Positions 27,689 through 38,840 are shown, counted from the first letter of the stretch. The stretch: 64,000 nucleotides of DNA from Patescibacteria group bacterium (GCA_020148045.1 JAHCRG010000007.1:22914-86913), one strand, 5' to 3'. The notes: generated by a model from the sequence alone, not told the origin. Translations and numbers: made by a program.

Positions 27689-28065
27689 TTCTTAAGGTCT
27701 AAACGCCTTTCGATTTGTTCAAAAAAGGCCTTTATTTGATAAATATGTTGGTTTATATCCTTTAAATCGCAATTTATTTGTTCGCAGTTGTTAGAAATGG
27801 ACTGCAGTTGTGTCTTTAGGTCTTTTTGGAAATCAATCAAGAGAAAATCTTTTAAATCAAAAAGCATTTGCCCAATATCGCCAAGCATTCTAATTACTGC
27901 AGCTAAAAGCAGGCCGCCCAACAGTATTGAAAGGCCGCCTATTAATGAACGGACTTCACCAAATTTGAAAATGATTAAATAGCCGCTTATGGAAATTGCA
28001 GAAATTGCAATTAACCAGGAAAAAACCAATAAAGCCATCGTTATAGGCATCTTATTTATCTTCAT
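27685..28065 (-). CDS. small membrane protein with C-terminal coiled-coil-like tail
   Basis: 126 aa with two hydrophobic helices followed by QKDLKTQLQSISNN...IYQIKAFFEQIERRLDLKK. It has 4-nt overlaps with both neighbours. Confidence 0.4.
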   Translation of the reverse strand: MKINKMPITMALLVFSWLIAISAISISGYLIIFKFGEVRSLIGGLSILLGGLLLAAVIRMLGDIGQMLFDLKDFLLIDFQKDLKTQLQSISNNCEQINCDLKDINQHIYQIKAFFEQIERRLDLKK

Positions 28066-29384
28066 TTTTTAGACATCTCCTTTCTAAAAATAGAATTATC
28101 ATAATCTGTTCTTTCTGCAGAAACTTCAATCATCTTAACTATTTTCGGGAAAGCGAACATTAGCCCGTCTAACCACTTCTGGAAGTTAGAAGATAATTCT
28201 CCCAAAAATAAAGTATTGAGGTTGGAGTGTTCCTTTTTGCAAAATTGATGCCAATTCGGGTGCAGGTCGATTAGATTTAGTAGCTTATTTAATAAATAAT
28301 AGTCGCTTATTTCATAAATAGAAAGTAATAGATGTTTATATAATATCTCCTGAAAATGTTTACTGTTAAATCTCTCCTGAATGAATCTACCCAAAACTAG
28401 ATTTAAAGCAAAAAAGTTTTGTAAAAAGGAATTTATCTTCGGCATTAATGTGGATAAATTCTTTTTGGCAAAATCGAGATGGTAAAATAAAGTTAAATCC
28501 AGCAAAGAGAGCCAAAAGGACAAAATAGGATTGCTTAAATATTCCTGCTTGGCTTGAGAAGTAAAATACTCAAAATCTTTCAGGGAATGGTGCAAGGCTA
28601 ATAAAAAGTCCAAATAAATTAATTCGTGTTTATCAGAAGCGATGTCTTCTCCTATATACCGATTTGCCAAACCAATATTATCCTTCAGTTTGCAAGAAAA
28701 ATTGTTTTGATTAGAATAATATTTCCTGTCCCGGTAATAAGCCGCATTCCAGCTCCAAAAAGTATTTAGGACTGAACAGATATTATCCCGTTTTAAATGG
28801 TGGGCTATTGCTTTAGGTTCATAGATAAGTGTATATTCTTCTTGCTTAAGTTGCTTGCATATATCTACATCCTCGTAATTATTCCTGAGGTGTTCATTAT
28901 AAAGGCCCGCCTTTACTAAAGCCTGCCTGCGAAATACTGCATTTGAACCAAATAGGAAAGGAGGCGCTGTTTGCTCGTCAATCCAATACTGCTTCATATG
29001 CACACGCCGCCAGAGATCAAATACCGAAGAAGAATGCGCTTCCAGGAGCCTCCCTCCTACTCCTGCTATCTTAGGTGAATCAAAGCGCTTCATCAGGCTT
29101 TCAAGCCAGTCAGGTTTAGGGATGCAGTCCGCATCCAAAGCAGCAATAAATTCCGCATTTGTATTTTTTATCGCTGTATTTCTGGAACTTGCTAATCCTG
29201 CATTATTTGTATGTCTGATAAGCCTCACCGGGTAGCGAGAAACAATATCAACAGTTCTATCCGTCGAAGCATCATCTATAACTATAACTTCATCGGGGGC
29301 AAGGCCTTGCTTAAACACTCCTTTAAGCGCTTCTTCTACATATGCCTCGGCATTAAAACAAGGGATATAAAGACTAAGTTTCAT
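28062..29384 (-). CDS. GT2 glycosyltransferase with ~200-aa C-terminal helical extension
   Basis: 440 aa with LSLYIPCFNAE, IVIDDASTDRT and ALDADC. The C-terminal half has no recognisable motif. Confidence 0.7.
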   Translation of the reverse strand: MKLSLYIPCFNAEAYVEEALKGVFKQGLAPDEVIVIDDASTDRTVDIVSRYPVRLIRHTNNAGLASSRNTAIKNTNAEFIAALDADCIPKPDWLESLMKRFDSPKIAGVGGRLLEAHSSSVFDLWRRVHMKQYWIDEQTAPPFLFGSNAVFRRQALVKAGLYNEHLRNNYEDVDICKQLKQEEYTLIYEPKAIAHHLKRDNICSVLNTFWSWNAAYYRDRKYYSNQNNFSCKLKDNIGLANRYIGEDIASDKHELIYLDFLLALHHSLKDFEYFTSQAKQEYLSNPILSFWLSLLDLTLFYHLDFAKKNLSTLMPKINSFLQNFFALNLVLGRFIQERFNSKHFQEILYKHLLLSIYEISDYYLLNKLLNLIDLHPNWHQFCKKEHSNLNTLFLGELSSNFQKWLDGLMFAFPKIVKMIEVSAERTDYDNSIFRKEMSKK

Positions 29385-30616
29385 CTTTCCTTATTTATTT
29401 CTCTCCTAAGCCTTTCCTTTAATAGACCGATCTCTTCAAGCGCCTTCTCAACTTTATCTCTATTGTCCAGAGTTATGGCCTTAATTCTTTTTTGAGGATT
29501 TTTAGATACCCTATTAAAGATGTTTTTCAGGGAGCCCCTGTAAGACCTATAAAACCTATATCTTAATTTCATCTGAGCAAGTTCACTCCTTAAGAATTGA
29601 ATAAATTTATTTATTAGTCTTTTGCAAGAGATGCTCTTTATCTTTTTGGCCTTATTAAGCAGGCATTTTTTTCGCCCGTCCTGTCCAAACAGCTCATCAT
29701 AACAGCTCATCATGCACCCGGGACAACCCTCTTTAACGATTGATTCTCTTATATAATTATGTCTTTTTGAATTCCATAATTCAAAAAAGCTGATTTCTTT
29801 CAGACTCCCTATCTGCCTATTCCCATTTGCAATAACCCAGCAAGAAAAAACATCGCCTTTTGCATTTATGGGACAAGATGTCCAAAGCGCGCTGCAGTCC
29901 TTCTTAGAGACTATCGTTTCTCCGCTTAAATAAGAAGGGACCATCCTCAAATAGCTTTCGGGATTAGTGGAAATACCGTATTTAGCGCTAAGGATAATTA
30001 TTCCCTCAAATATTTCCCGCAATTTCTTTTTATCTTTCCTGTCTATAAAGAAGTCTTTTTCTCTTAATGGATCATTAACAAAAATTCTACTAAAGGGCTG
30101 GAATCTTACAGTAGTAGCCCTGTAATTCCTTGCCAATTCTACAATATAAGGCAGCTCTTTATAATTATGCCGCGATACCATCGCGGCTACGGTAGATTCG
30201 ATTTTGTATTTTCTTAAATTTTCCAGAGCAAGGACTGCTTTATTAAACGTCCCCTCACCCCGCAAGCTATCATGGACTTCCTCAGTTCCCTCAATAGAGA
30301 TGTTAACCACATCCACCCCTGATTTAGAAAGTCTGCGCGCAATTTCTTTATTTATCAAGCATCCGTTAGAGGTAAGACAGACATTAAGTCGATTGCTTTT
30401 CGCAAAAGCGATTAATTGAAATATATCTTCTCTTAATAAAGGCTCTCCCCCGCTAAGCACTATAGTCTGCGCGCCAAGTAAAGATATGTCCTTTATGATT
30501 TCTTTCCAGCGAACAGTGTTCAACTCTTCCATCTCTTTAGATGGGATATCACACATTTTACATCTTAAGTTACAACGATTAGTTAATGATATAATGACTT
30601 CTTTTAACTTAGGCAT
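29381..30616 (-). CDS. radical SAM enzyme, SPASM/twitch-like C-terminus (array member)
   Basis: 411 aa with LTNRCNLRCKMCDIP and LSGGEPLLREDIF. The C-terminal region reads CPINAKGDVFSC...GCPGCMMSC. Confidence 0.8.
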   Translation of the reverse strand: MPKLKEVIISLTNRCNLRCKMCDIPSKEMEELNTVRWKEIIKDISLLGAQTIVLSGGEPLLREDIFQLIAFAKSNRLNVCLTSNGCLINKEIARRLSKSGVDVVNISIEGTEEVHDSLRGEGTFNKAVLALENLRKYKIESTVAAMVSRHNYKELPYIVELARNYRATTVRFQPFSRIFVNDPLREKDFFIDRKDKKKLREIFEGIIILSAKYGISTNPESYLRMVPSYLSGETIVSKKDCSALWTSCPINAKGDVFSCWVIANGNRQIGSLKEISFFELWNSKRHNYIRESIVKEGCPGCMMSCYDELFGQDGRKKCLLNKAKKIKSISCKRLINKFIQFLRSELAQMKLRYRFYRSYRGSLKNIFNRVSKNPQKRIKAITLDNRDKVEKALEEIGLLKERLRREINKER

Positions 30617-31754
30617 CTTTATAGTCTCTTAGCCTGTTTTCATAACTCTCGAGTATTTTTAATGCTTCTTTTAAAAGTTTATCTCTACGTGTCTCATTCT
30701 TTAAGTTCTCAATAAAGTTATCAAAAGCGCTTAACAATGAATCGGACTCGGGATGGGCCCAACAAGTCTGCAAGCACGGCTTTTGGCAGACCTTCATTAA
30801 TCTTCTCGCCCTGAATGCCGCTTCTGTATCCAAACATTTATCCAAATTCATATCTTTGATATTTCCGAAAGCAGAGCCACAGCTTCTTACTTCACCATCA
30901 GGGCCTATGTTTATAAATACAAAGGGATTGCACTTCCAATTTTCTCTACTCAGGCTGCCATCAAAATATTTAATCCAAAGATAGGGATCATGCAAGAAAG
31001 CTATCATCCCATATTTGGCTTGATAATCTACAATTATATCTATTTGTTCTTTTAATACCTCTAAATCCTCTCCCCTTATCCAAAAAGGAGCGCCGGGAGA
31101 AGTATTCTGCATATCGTCTTGAGAGACAATTACCGGATGATAAACCAGACATTCCACCCCTAAATCTCTGACCAAAGAGATAATACCAAATAATTCTCCT
31201 AAATTCTCTTTCATTATAGTTGTCCAAACCGATATTTGCGGACCATTTTCTATCTTTCTTTTTGCTTCTACAAGATTGTCTATGCCGCTTATAGCTTTCT
31301 GGAAGCTTCCTTTTTGCCTTATTAAATCGTGCGTCAATCCTTTTGCTCCGTCTATGGAGATGGCAATGTTTCGCAAGCCAGAGGAAATTATTTTATATGC
31401 CAAATTTCTATCTATTAATGCCCCGTTAGAAACAACCTCTATTTTTAAGCCGGCTTTAGCTGCATAATCAATTAATTCAAATATGTCCTCTCTTAACAAG
31501 GGCTCTCCGCCTGTTAGCACTATTACGCTGTCCTGTTTCCAGCCAGCAATCTGGTCGAAGGCCCTCTTTGCTATTTCTGTTGGCAGTTCATAGCCATTTA
31601 ATATCTTTACTACCCCGCACATCTGGCAATTGTATATACATTTGTGGCTTAAACTTATATAAACCCAGCATGGCTTCGCATAAGGGCATTCTAAGACTTC
31701 TGAGAAATAATAAGCTAAATTTGTTTTAAATTCCTTAAGAGAATTCTGATTCAT
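30609..31754 (-). CDS. radical SAM enzyme, SPASM/twitch-like C-terminus (array member)
   Basis: 381 aa with SLSHKCIYNCQMCGV, LTGGEPLLREDIF and WKCNPFVFINIGPDGEVRSC...VCQKPCLQTC. Confidence 0.8.
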   Translation of the reverse strand: MNQNSLKEFKTNLAYYFSEVLECPYAKPCWVYISLSHKCIYNCQMCGVVKILNGYELPTEIAKRAFDQIAGWKQDSVIVLTGGEPLLREDIFELIDYAAKAGLKIEVVSNGALIDRNLAYKIISSGLRNIAISIDGAKGLTHDLIRQKGSFQKAISGIDNLVEAKRKIENGPQISVWTTIMKENLGELFGIISLVRDLGVECLVYHPVIVSQDDMQNTSPGAPFWIRGEDLEVLKEQIDIIVDYQAKYGMIAFLHDPYLWIKYFDGSLSRENWKCNPFVFINIGPDGEVRSCGSAFGNIKDMNLDKCLDTEAAFRARRLMKVCQKPCLQTCWAHPESDSLLSAFDNFIENLKNETRRDKLLKEALKILESYENRLRDYKDA

Positions 31755-31758
31755 CTGA

Positions 31759-32829
31759 TTATTTATTCCTTAACAGTCTTCTAAAAGATGGAAGGGAAAA
31801 ACACATCTGATAACAATAAGTTTTACAGCGCCTTATTGCAATACGCGCTTTATATGCCCGATAAGAATACCACATCTTTTTAAGGTTATAATCATAGTCT
31901 CTTAATGGAATATGGGTCTTGCACATAAACAAACACGGCTCAAGCCTACCCTGTCTTTTTGGATCGGACATAGTGATAAAAAAGTTCTTAAAACCGGCAA
32001 AACATCTCCAGTCTTTAGATTGCATTATTCTTTTATAATATTTACATAAAAGCTCGGCGTTAAAATAAGTATTAAGTTTTGTACAATTGGCATTCGTTGC
32101 AACAATCTTTTTATAAATATTAACAAATCTCTCTATGTCTTCAGCGTCGGGCCACAAATAGGTTGCGTTAGTATTAGAGAACTCGGTATTATCCGGAAGA
32201 TATGCAAGTAAATCAAATATATTTACACCCAACTCATCGCAACAGTTATATAAATCATAAATCTCATTTATATTCTTTTTTAACACAAGCATAGCTATTC
32301 CTATGGAATATTTATAATTATATTTCTGCCTGACCTCTGCTAAAAATTTTATGCTTTCTATAACCCTATCAAATGATTCAGGATTACCTCTCAAATAGTT
32401 GTGCGTATCCCGCAAACCATCAACAGAGATATGAAAATGAGAAACACCTGCTTCTGTTAAACGATATGCGTACTCTTTGAGAAAATACCCGTTGGTAGTA
32501 AGGGTAACTTTAATGTCTTTTTGATGTGCAAACTTTGATACTTCAACGGCCTTCTCTCCAACAAGTAAAGGCTCCCCTCCGGTTAAAATAAGTTCTTTTA
32601 TCCTAAAGTGTTTTTTAGCAATATTGATTATCTTTTTCACCTCTTCCAAAGTCATTTCCTCTTCTTCAGAAGTTGTATATTTATTAACCGAACACATTTT
32701 ACAGCCTAGATTGCACCTGCTGGTAATGCTAATCTGCAAGACATCAGGTTGAAGTATAGGAAAATTCAGCGAACAGGATATATTAAACAGCCCTAACTTA
32801 GCTAAGCTTGCTAAACTCTTAATATTCAT
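31759..32829 (-). CDS. radical SAM enzyme, SPASM/twitch-like C-terminus (array member)
   Basis: 356 aa with ITSRCNLGCKMCSV, LTGGEPLL and WRCFAGFKNF...RCKTYCYQMC. Confidence 0.8.
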   Translation of the reverse strand: MNIKSLASLAKLGLFNISCSLNFPILQPDVLQISITSRCNLGCKMCSVNKYTTSEEEEMTLEEVKKIINIAKKHFRIKELILTGGEPLLVGEKAVEVSKFAHQKDIKVTLTTNGYFLKEYAYRLTEAGVSHFHISVDGLRDTHNYLRGNPESFDRVIESIKFLAEVRQKYNYKYSIGIAMLVLKKNINEIYDLYNCCDELGVNIFDLLAYLPDNTEFSNTNATYLWPDAEDIERFVNIYKKIVATNANCTKLNTYFNAELLCKYYKRIMQSKDWRCFAGFKNFFITMSDPKRQGRLEPCLFMCKTHIPLRDYDYNLKKMWYSYRAYKARIAIRRCKTYCYQMCFSLPSFRRLLRNK

Positions 32830-32863
32830 TTCTCAAGTTCCCATTCTTTGCTGCTTCTTCTTA

Positions 32864-33841
32864 TCATATAGACTCAAGAATATTATTACATTCTTTGCAT
32901 ATTATTTGTTTTTTATCCAGCCAATTTCTAAATTTTAAATAATTTGAAGCAATTTGTTTAATATGCTGCCTATAGATATTCCCGAATTTTAGACTTGATA
33001 TATTACAACAAGGGTACACAAATCCTCTAACATCCATATACATCCCATAATGACAGAATTTGGTCTCTTTTGTTTCTAAAGATATTCCTAAGTTTAATTC
33101 TACTGCCAGCTCTTGCGCCTTATCTTTTAATCTTTTAAAACTTTGCTGAAAATCCTTACTGTAGAAATCTACTTGTTCTTCAATTGTAGGCATCCCTCCG
33201 GAAAACACTACTAAAGGTATCAAGGTTATCTCTTTTACTCCTATTTTATTAGCCAAATTTATAAGAGCTTCGAGGCCGGGGAACGTGCTTTTTAACACTA
33301 CGGTGTTAAATGATAGAATAGGACTATTTTTTTTAAGTTTATATTTATATGTATTTAATCGGTGAATATTCTGCATTACCTTATCCAAGGTACTATTCGA
33401 TTTTATTCTTGCATATAATTGCGGGTTTGCCGAATCTATAGATATCCTTATTTTATCTATACCAGCCTCAACGAGTTCCTCTGCAATAAAATCATCGATT
33501 AATGTTCCATTGCTCACAAGCCACACAGTCAGCCCTTTTAATTTAGTAAAATGCAGTATCTTTAAAATATCCGGACACAAGAATGGCTCTCCTAAGCCCT
33601 GGGAATTCAGCTCCTGTATGTTAAACATAGTAAGTATTTTATCTAAACCCATTTTAAACTGTTCAAAAGATACACTCCGAAGTTGCGGAGATTCCTTCCT
33701 TAAGGTTCTCCAGCATATACTGCAGTTGAGATTACAATGGTTAGTAACTTCAAATTGAATTGTTCTAATATTTTGTAAAAGCGGATTTCTTTTATAAAAA
33801 TCTTTGCTTATGAAGAAACTTTTCATAGTAAAATTAAACAA
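32864..33841 (-). CDS. radical SAM enzyme with short Cys-rich C-terminus (array member, divergent)
   Basis: 325 aa with VTNHCNLNCSICWR, GLGEPFL and FCHYGMYMDVRGFVYPCC...ICKEC. Confidence 0.75.
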   Translation of the reverse strand: MFNFTMKSFFISKDFYKRNPLLQNIRTIQFEVTNHCNLNCSICWRTLRKESPQLRSVSFEQFKMGLDKILTMFNIQELNSQGLGEPFLCPDILKILHFTKLKGLTVWLVSNGTLIDDFIAEELVEAGIDKIRISIDSANPQLYARIKSNSTLDKVMQNIHRLNTYKYKLKKNSPILSFNTVVLKSTFPGLEALINLANKIGVKEITLIPLVVFSGGMPTIEEQVDFYSKDFQQSFKRLKDKAQELAVELNLGISLETKETKFCHYGMYMDVRGFVYPCCNISSLKFGNIYRQHIKQIASNYLKFRNWLDKKQIICKECNNILESI

Positions 33842-33859
33842 TATTTGTTCTCTCCGACT

Positions 33860-35224
33860 TTAAGTCTGTAATACCTGTAAAGAAATAAGCCTGGTTACAA
33901 TCTTAAATATTTTATGACGGAATTCTCTCTCTTTAGGTGTATTATTTGGGGCATACCAGCCATCCTCTTTGAATTCTATGCCATATTTTTGGGCACGGCG
34001 ATACAGAATAGAATTCCCGGGAATTCCACATTTCTGCCCACTGGAAATAGAACCGAAGTAACGTCTGTTTTTTATTATAAACCATAAGGTCCTGATAAAA
34101 TCTACCCTTGTCTCTCCCGGAAATCCTATTATAAAAAACGTTGCTGTGCTTATTTTAACTTTATGGGTATTTTTCAGCACTTCCTGAGCCAACTTTATAT
34201 TAAAATTCTTACCCATAGCTTTTACAATTCTTTGCGAACCACTCTCAATACCGTAAGATAGCCACCTACATCCTGCGCCGTACATTTTTTCCAGAAAATC
34301 TTTATTCATTTCCGGCCGAATAATAGCCTTACCCCCCCAATAGACTCCAATTCTCCTTCGGATAAACAAATCACATAGTTTATCCAGCTCTCTTATATTC
34401 CCATTGATTAAGGCATCAACTATATCAAATTTCTTAATACCATACCGACTCTTTAGATAGCAAATTTCTTCAAAGACATTCTCCGGCTTTCTATAACGGT
34501 ACTTATTCCAAAGGGGTTTTGCCCCGCAAAATTTGCAATAATTTATACAACCGCGACTAGCAAGAATAGGCAACACCTCGCTGATATAATCGTCCAAGTT
34601 AAAACCGTCAAAAGTAGGAAACGGTATTTTATCGATTTCCTCTATTTCTCCACCTAAGTTATCATAAAGTTTATCTTCTTGATATAAGATTCCTTTTATA
34701 TGCTTTACATCCTTCTTGTTCTGAATAGCTTTAATGGCATTTTCCAGGATAAGTTCTCCTTCCCCAATAACGACAATATCCACACAGTCTTTTTTTATAA
34801 ACTCATAACCGTTTTCATGCCGGGAAGCTTCCGGCCCGCCAAAGATTATAATTTTTTTCTTATCCATTTCCTTTATCTCGGCAGCCAGCATTAAACTGGA
34901 AAGGTAATTAGAATAATAAGTTGAAAAACATATAATATCTATTCCGCAATCATTGACTTTATCTGCCCATACCTGTATAGATTTTACAATATCTAAATTT
35001 TTCAGTATTATTTTGTCGAAATTCTCTTCTGGAAGCCAACAATTGAATTGGTTGCCGTTAAAGAGATATCTTTTATCGGCAGGAGTATTCTTATACAGCT
35101 CAATATTAAAATCGAAGATGTTAACATCATAGTTTTTCCGTTTAAGGTAGCTACTTAAATAGGCGGTAGCTATCGGCGGGGCTTCCACATTCCATGCCGG
35201 CATCATTACCATTGCAATTTTCAA
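33860..35224 (-). CDS. B12-binding-domain radical SAM enzyme (class B)
   Basis: 454 aa with MKIAMVMMPAW, ICFSTYYSN, IFGGPEAS, VIGEGE and LASRGCINYCKFCGA. It is a paralog of 35247..36704. Confidence 0.8.
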   Translation of the reverse strand: MKIAMVMMPAWNVEAPPIATAYLSSYLKRKNYDVNIFDFNIELYKNTPADKRYLFNGNQFNCWLPEENFDKIILKNLDIVKSIQVWADKVNDCGIDIICFSTYYSNYLSSLMLAAEIKEMDKKKIIIFGGPEASRHENGYEFIKKDCVDIVVIGEGELILENAIKAIQNKKDVKHIKGILYQEDKLYDNLGGEIEEIDKIPFPTFDGFNLDDYISEVLPILASRGCINYCKFCGAKPLWNKYRYRKPENVFEEICYLKSRYGIKKFDIVDALINGNIRELDKLCDLFIRRRIGVYWGGKAIIRPEMNKDFLEKMYGAGCRWLSYGIESGSQRIVKAMGKNFNIKLAQEVLKNTHKVKISTATFFIIGFPGETRVDFIRTLWFIIKNRRYFGSISSGQKCGIPGNSILYRRAQKYGIEFKEDGWYAPNNTPKEREFRHKIFKIVTRLISLQVLQT

Positions 35225-35246
35225 AAAATTATCTCCTGTCCAAATG

Positions 35247-36704
35247 TTAATTAAGAAACAGTTCTTTTTTAAAAGAATTTAAAATTTTTCTTGCTTTAAA
35301 ATAACCTACATCTTTTTTTCTATAAGCCTTGGCGGTATTCTGCGTGGTATTTAACATGCCTATTTTATGCAAAAATTTGTTAAATATGTTCTGTCTATGT
35401 ATTCTTTCTATTTCGGTGTTATCGCCATATTGCCATTTTCCCTGTGGATAAGTCGCTATATTTAACCCGGAAGAATTTCGGTATAAACTGGACCCCTTAA
35501 TAATTTCTAATCGGTTTGCCGGTGAAGCTTGATTTATATATTTTTTGTTTTTTACTATGAATTCCATAGTTTCAAATAAATCTTCTCGTGTTTCTCCAGG
35601 AAAGCCTACTATCCAATTAGTAGAAGTCTGTATCCCATGTCTTGTAGCATGTTTTAAATTTTTTTCTATTTCTTTGAAGGTATAGATTTTTTTCATCAAC
35701 TTTAGAACCTTGATTGAAGTAGATTCTACCCCAAAAGTTACAGTTCTACACCCTGCATCATACATTTTTCTGAATAAGTCCCCAGGCATATCAGCTCTTA
35801 CTACCATATTTCCGCTCCAGAACAAATCATTAATACCTGTGCTTATCAAAGCATCACACATTTCCTCTAAAAGTTTTAAGTTCCCATTAATTAATAAGTC
35901 ATTAAATTTCATTCTTCTTAATGAATAATTTCTATATAGATAAAGAATCTCTTCTGCAATTTTTTTACAACTTCTATTCCTGTATTTTTCTTGGTACCAG
36001 GTATCTACACAGAAAGTGCACCTATTGATACAACCTCTACTAGTAAGAAGAGGTAAAGAATTTCTGTGTAGATATTTATTTAGAGGAAACAGTGAGAAGT
36101 CCGGAATAGGAAGGTCATCTAAATTGCTTATACAATCTCTTGCAACAGTAGTAATTTTACTTTTACCGTCGTACATTACCAAACCTTTACACTCTGCTGA
36201 AAACTTACCCTGAGAAATCTTCTCTATCATTTCTACTAGAGTAATTTCGCCTTCACCTAAAACTATATAATCTCCTTTGCCTGGCCTTGAAAGAAAATAG
36301 CCCGGCTCTTCTTCACGACTACACTCTGGCCCGCCAAAAACTATTATTTTGTCAGGAGCCAGTTCTTTAATCTTAGAAGACAAATGAACACTGAATGCGC
36401 TGGATGTGGTTTGGACAGAAAAGCCGATGATATCTGCTTTAGTCCTTAATACCCTATCGGCATAAATATCGGCAATCTTATTTAATTCGTTTTTTTGTAG
36501 AAAAAAATTAGTGGGTAAGCAATATACATAATTTTCGGGTTTCCAAAATTTCTTATATTGTTGATAGGCATGAAAAAAATCAACGTTGATATCCAGCACT
36601 TCAACTGAAAAATTTTTCCTTTTCAAAGCAGCTATCAGATAAGCCAGCCCCAAAGGCGGCATCTCTATGTCATAAACAGGACACTGAATTAATAATATTT
36701 TCAT
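35247..36704 (-). CDS. B12-binding-domain radical SAM enzyme (class B)
   Basis: 485 aa with MKILLIQCPVY, IGFSVQTTS, VFGGPECS, VLGEGE and LTSRGCINRCTFCVD. Confidence 0.8.
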   Translation of the reverse strand: MKILLIQCPVYDIEMPPLGLAYLIAALKRKNFSVEVLDINVDFFHAYQQYKKFWKPENYVYCLPTNFFLQKNELNKIADIYADRVLRTKADIIGFSVQTTSSAFSVHLSSKIKELAPDKIIVFGGPECSREEEPGYFLSRPGKGDYIVLGEGEITLVEMIEKISQGKFSAECKGLVMYDGKSKITTVARDCISNLDDLPIPDFSLFPLNKYLHRNSLPLLTSRGCINRCTFCVDTWYQEKYRNRSCKKIAEEILYLYRNYSLRRMKFNDLLINGNLKLLEEMCDALISTGINDLFWSGNMVVRADMPGDLFRKMYDAGCRTVTFGVESTSIKVLKLMKKIYTFKEIEKNLKHATRHGIQTSTNWIVGFPGETREDLFETMEFIVKNKKYINQASPANRLEIIKGSSLYRNSSGLNIATYPQGKWQYGDNTEIERIHRQNIFNKFLHKIGMLNTTQNTAKAYRKKDVGYFKARKILNSFKKELFLN

Positions 36705-36714
36705 TGACTATTCC

Positions 36715-37737
36715 TTAAGGCTTGGACATACACGGTTGCAGACATAGCTGTTTGCATCTTTTTATTTTCATTCTTGCTTTCCGGGCTTCTTTTGAATACC
36801 ATATTTTCTTTAACTTTCCACTTCTTATATTTCCATATTCCCACCCGCACATACTCATATCTCCGTGAGGATTTATCTGAATCCAGTGAAACCCGGCAAA
36901 ACATCGCCAATAAGGATTACTCAATTTACCGGCAAAATATTTTTCGTATAAGGCTAAGTTATCGAAGTTTGAAATAACAGGCCGTTTATATTTTTCTCTA
37001 TAATGTGAAATTTTATTTATACTCGATTTAAATGAATTTATCTTATTGGAATCAAATAAAAAATTGTTAGTTGAATGATTCTTATGTGTATAAGTATTAT
37101 CTTCTATAAAGGGAATAAACAATATATGATTTATGGAAAGTTCCCTGCCTAAGTCTAGCAATAGAAGCATTTCCGTATAATTAAATATGTTGACAGTAAA
37201 AGATAAACCTATTGTTAACTCTGTATCTTTTAATTGATTTAGAATCTTTATGCCTTCTAAAGTCTTTTTAAAGGACCCTTGGCCTCTTATATAATCATGG
37301 GTTTTATCCGAAGCTCCGTCTAAAGAAATTTGCAAGTTGTTTACTTTCGCATCAATTATCTTAGAAGCTACGTCCCTGTCAATAAGCGTCCCGTTGGTAG
37401 TTACGGTTACCTTCATTTGCGTATTTTCGTTGACAAATTTAATTATTTCAAAAATATCATTCCTTAGAAAGGGCTCTCCGCCGGAAAAGACTATTGTTTT
37501 TATCCTCATTCTATCGGCCTGCAAAATTATATTTTTAATCTCATCTACGGTCAATTCCTGTTTTTTTTGCGAAGGGAATTTATAGGTTGTGCAAATTTTA
37601 CACTTAAGATTGCATCTGCCCGTTACATTAATCTGAATAAAGGACGGGCTAACGAAAGGAAAATTAAACATTCTGGAAATGGTATATTTAGTACCAATAA
37701 AACGTCGTTTTAATTTTATTTTAGAATCCTTATTCAT
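36715..37737 (-). CDS. radical SAM enzyme, SPASM/twitch-like C-terminus (array member)
   Basis: 340 aa with VTGRCNLKCKICTT, FSGGEPFLRNDIF and WRCFAGFHWIQINPHGDMSMC...RCKQLCLQPC. Confidence 0.8.
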   Translation of the reverse strand: MNKDSKIKLKRRFIGTKYTISRMFNFPFVSPSFIQINVTGRCNLKCKICTTYKFPSQKKQELTVDEIKNIILQADRMRIKTIVFSGGEPFLRNDIFEIIKFVNENTQMKVTVTTNGTLIDRDVASKIIDAKVNNLQISLDGASDKTHDYIRGQGSFKKTLEGIKILNQLKDTELTIGLSFTVNIFNYTEMLLLLDLGRELSINHILFIPFIEDNTYTHKNHSTNNFLFDSNKINSFKSSINKISHYREKYKRPVISNFDNLALYEKYFAGKLSNPYWRCFAGFHWIQINPHGDMSMCGWEYGNIRSGKLKKIWYSKEARKARMKIKRCKQLCLQPCMSKP

Positions 37738-37772
37738 AGCTTATTAAAAGGTAAAAGTTTGCGTACATAAAG

Positions 37773-38840
37773 TTAAGTGACTTTTCTTAATATACCATTT
37801 GCAATTTTCTTAACTAATGAAGTTATATTTATTAACTCCGGCTCATGCATTTCGGGGAATAGACATACCTTCTCACATCTCTTAATTATTTTTCGCATCC
37901 TCCTTGCCTCTTGCCCATACCATATTTCTCTCAAAGTTTTTTTCCTTATATCGCCTATCATATCCCGGCACATCCATACCCCGTAACTTTTCTGTTCATT
38001 ATAAGAAATAATTAATCTCGTAAAACCGATAAAGCAGCTTCCTTTTGACGAGGAATAGCCGTCATTAAAATATTGCGGCAGGAGCTTTACCCCCGGACAA
38101 AAATCCAAAAAATTGGTTGCTTTATTAAAGATTTCCAAATCTTCGCATATTTTTTCAAAAAAATCTTTCTCGGAAGGAGGAATCCAAAAAGAGTTTTCAC
38201 TAAAATCTCTACGGAGAGGATCGGCGTTACTTACATGTGCCGGCCTTAATGCCAATCTCCTGCACCCTAAGCCTTGTGAGAGCTGAGCAATATTAACCAA
38301 ATCCTTGTAATTCTGACGGGTAATTGTTGCTGTTACGCCTACGGATTTGCCGTTAGCAATAAATTTTTTGATATTATTTATAACAACGTCAAAACTCCCC
38401 TTTACTCCTCTTATACATTCATATATTTGAGCCGTGGAGCCATCCAGCGAAACCTGTAAATGATCTACTTCGGAATTAACTATTTTCTCAACAATATTCT
38501 TTTCATAAAACCCATTTGTAATCATTATAACTTTACGGCCTTTATCTTTAGCGTAAGCAATAATCTCAAATATACCGCTATACAGAAAAGGCTCTCCCCC
38601 CGTCAGGACTAAATCGGGAATTTTCAATGCCGCCATTTCATCAATAATGTTTTTTATCTCTTCGCAAGTAATTTCATATTCTTTGTCGAATTTACAATTT
38701 TTTATATCGCACATTATGCACTTTTGGTTACAGATATAATTTAAAGTAAGCGTTATATTACGGGGCGGATACAAAGGGAAATTAATCTTCTTTGACAAAA
38801 AATATAATATCCTTTCCCAAGTAGCACTTTTTTTACACAC
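37773..38840 (-). CDS. radical SAM enzyme, reduced Cys C-terminus (array member)
   Basis: 355 aa with LNYICNQKCIMCDI, LTGGEPFL and CFIGFTRLIISY...MC...RCEKVC. Confidence 0.8.
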   Translation of the reverse strand: MCKKSATWERILYFLSKKINFPLYPPRNITLTLNYICNQKCIMCDIKNCKFDKEYEITCEEIKNIIDEMAALKIPDLVLTGGEPFLYSGIFEIIAYAKDKGRKVIMITNGFYEKNIVEKIVNSEVDHLQVSLDGSTAQIYECIRGVKGSFDVVINNIKKFIANGKSVGVTATITRQNYKDLVNIAQLSQGLGCRRLALRPAHVSNADPLRRDFSENSFWIPPSEKDFFEKICEDLEIFNKATNFLDFCPGVKLLPQYFNDGYSSSKGSCFIGFTRLIISYNEQKSYGVWMCRDMIGDIRKKTLREIWYGQEARRMRKIIKRCEKVCLFPEMHEPELINITSLVKKIANGILRKVT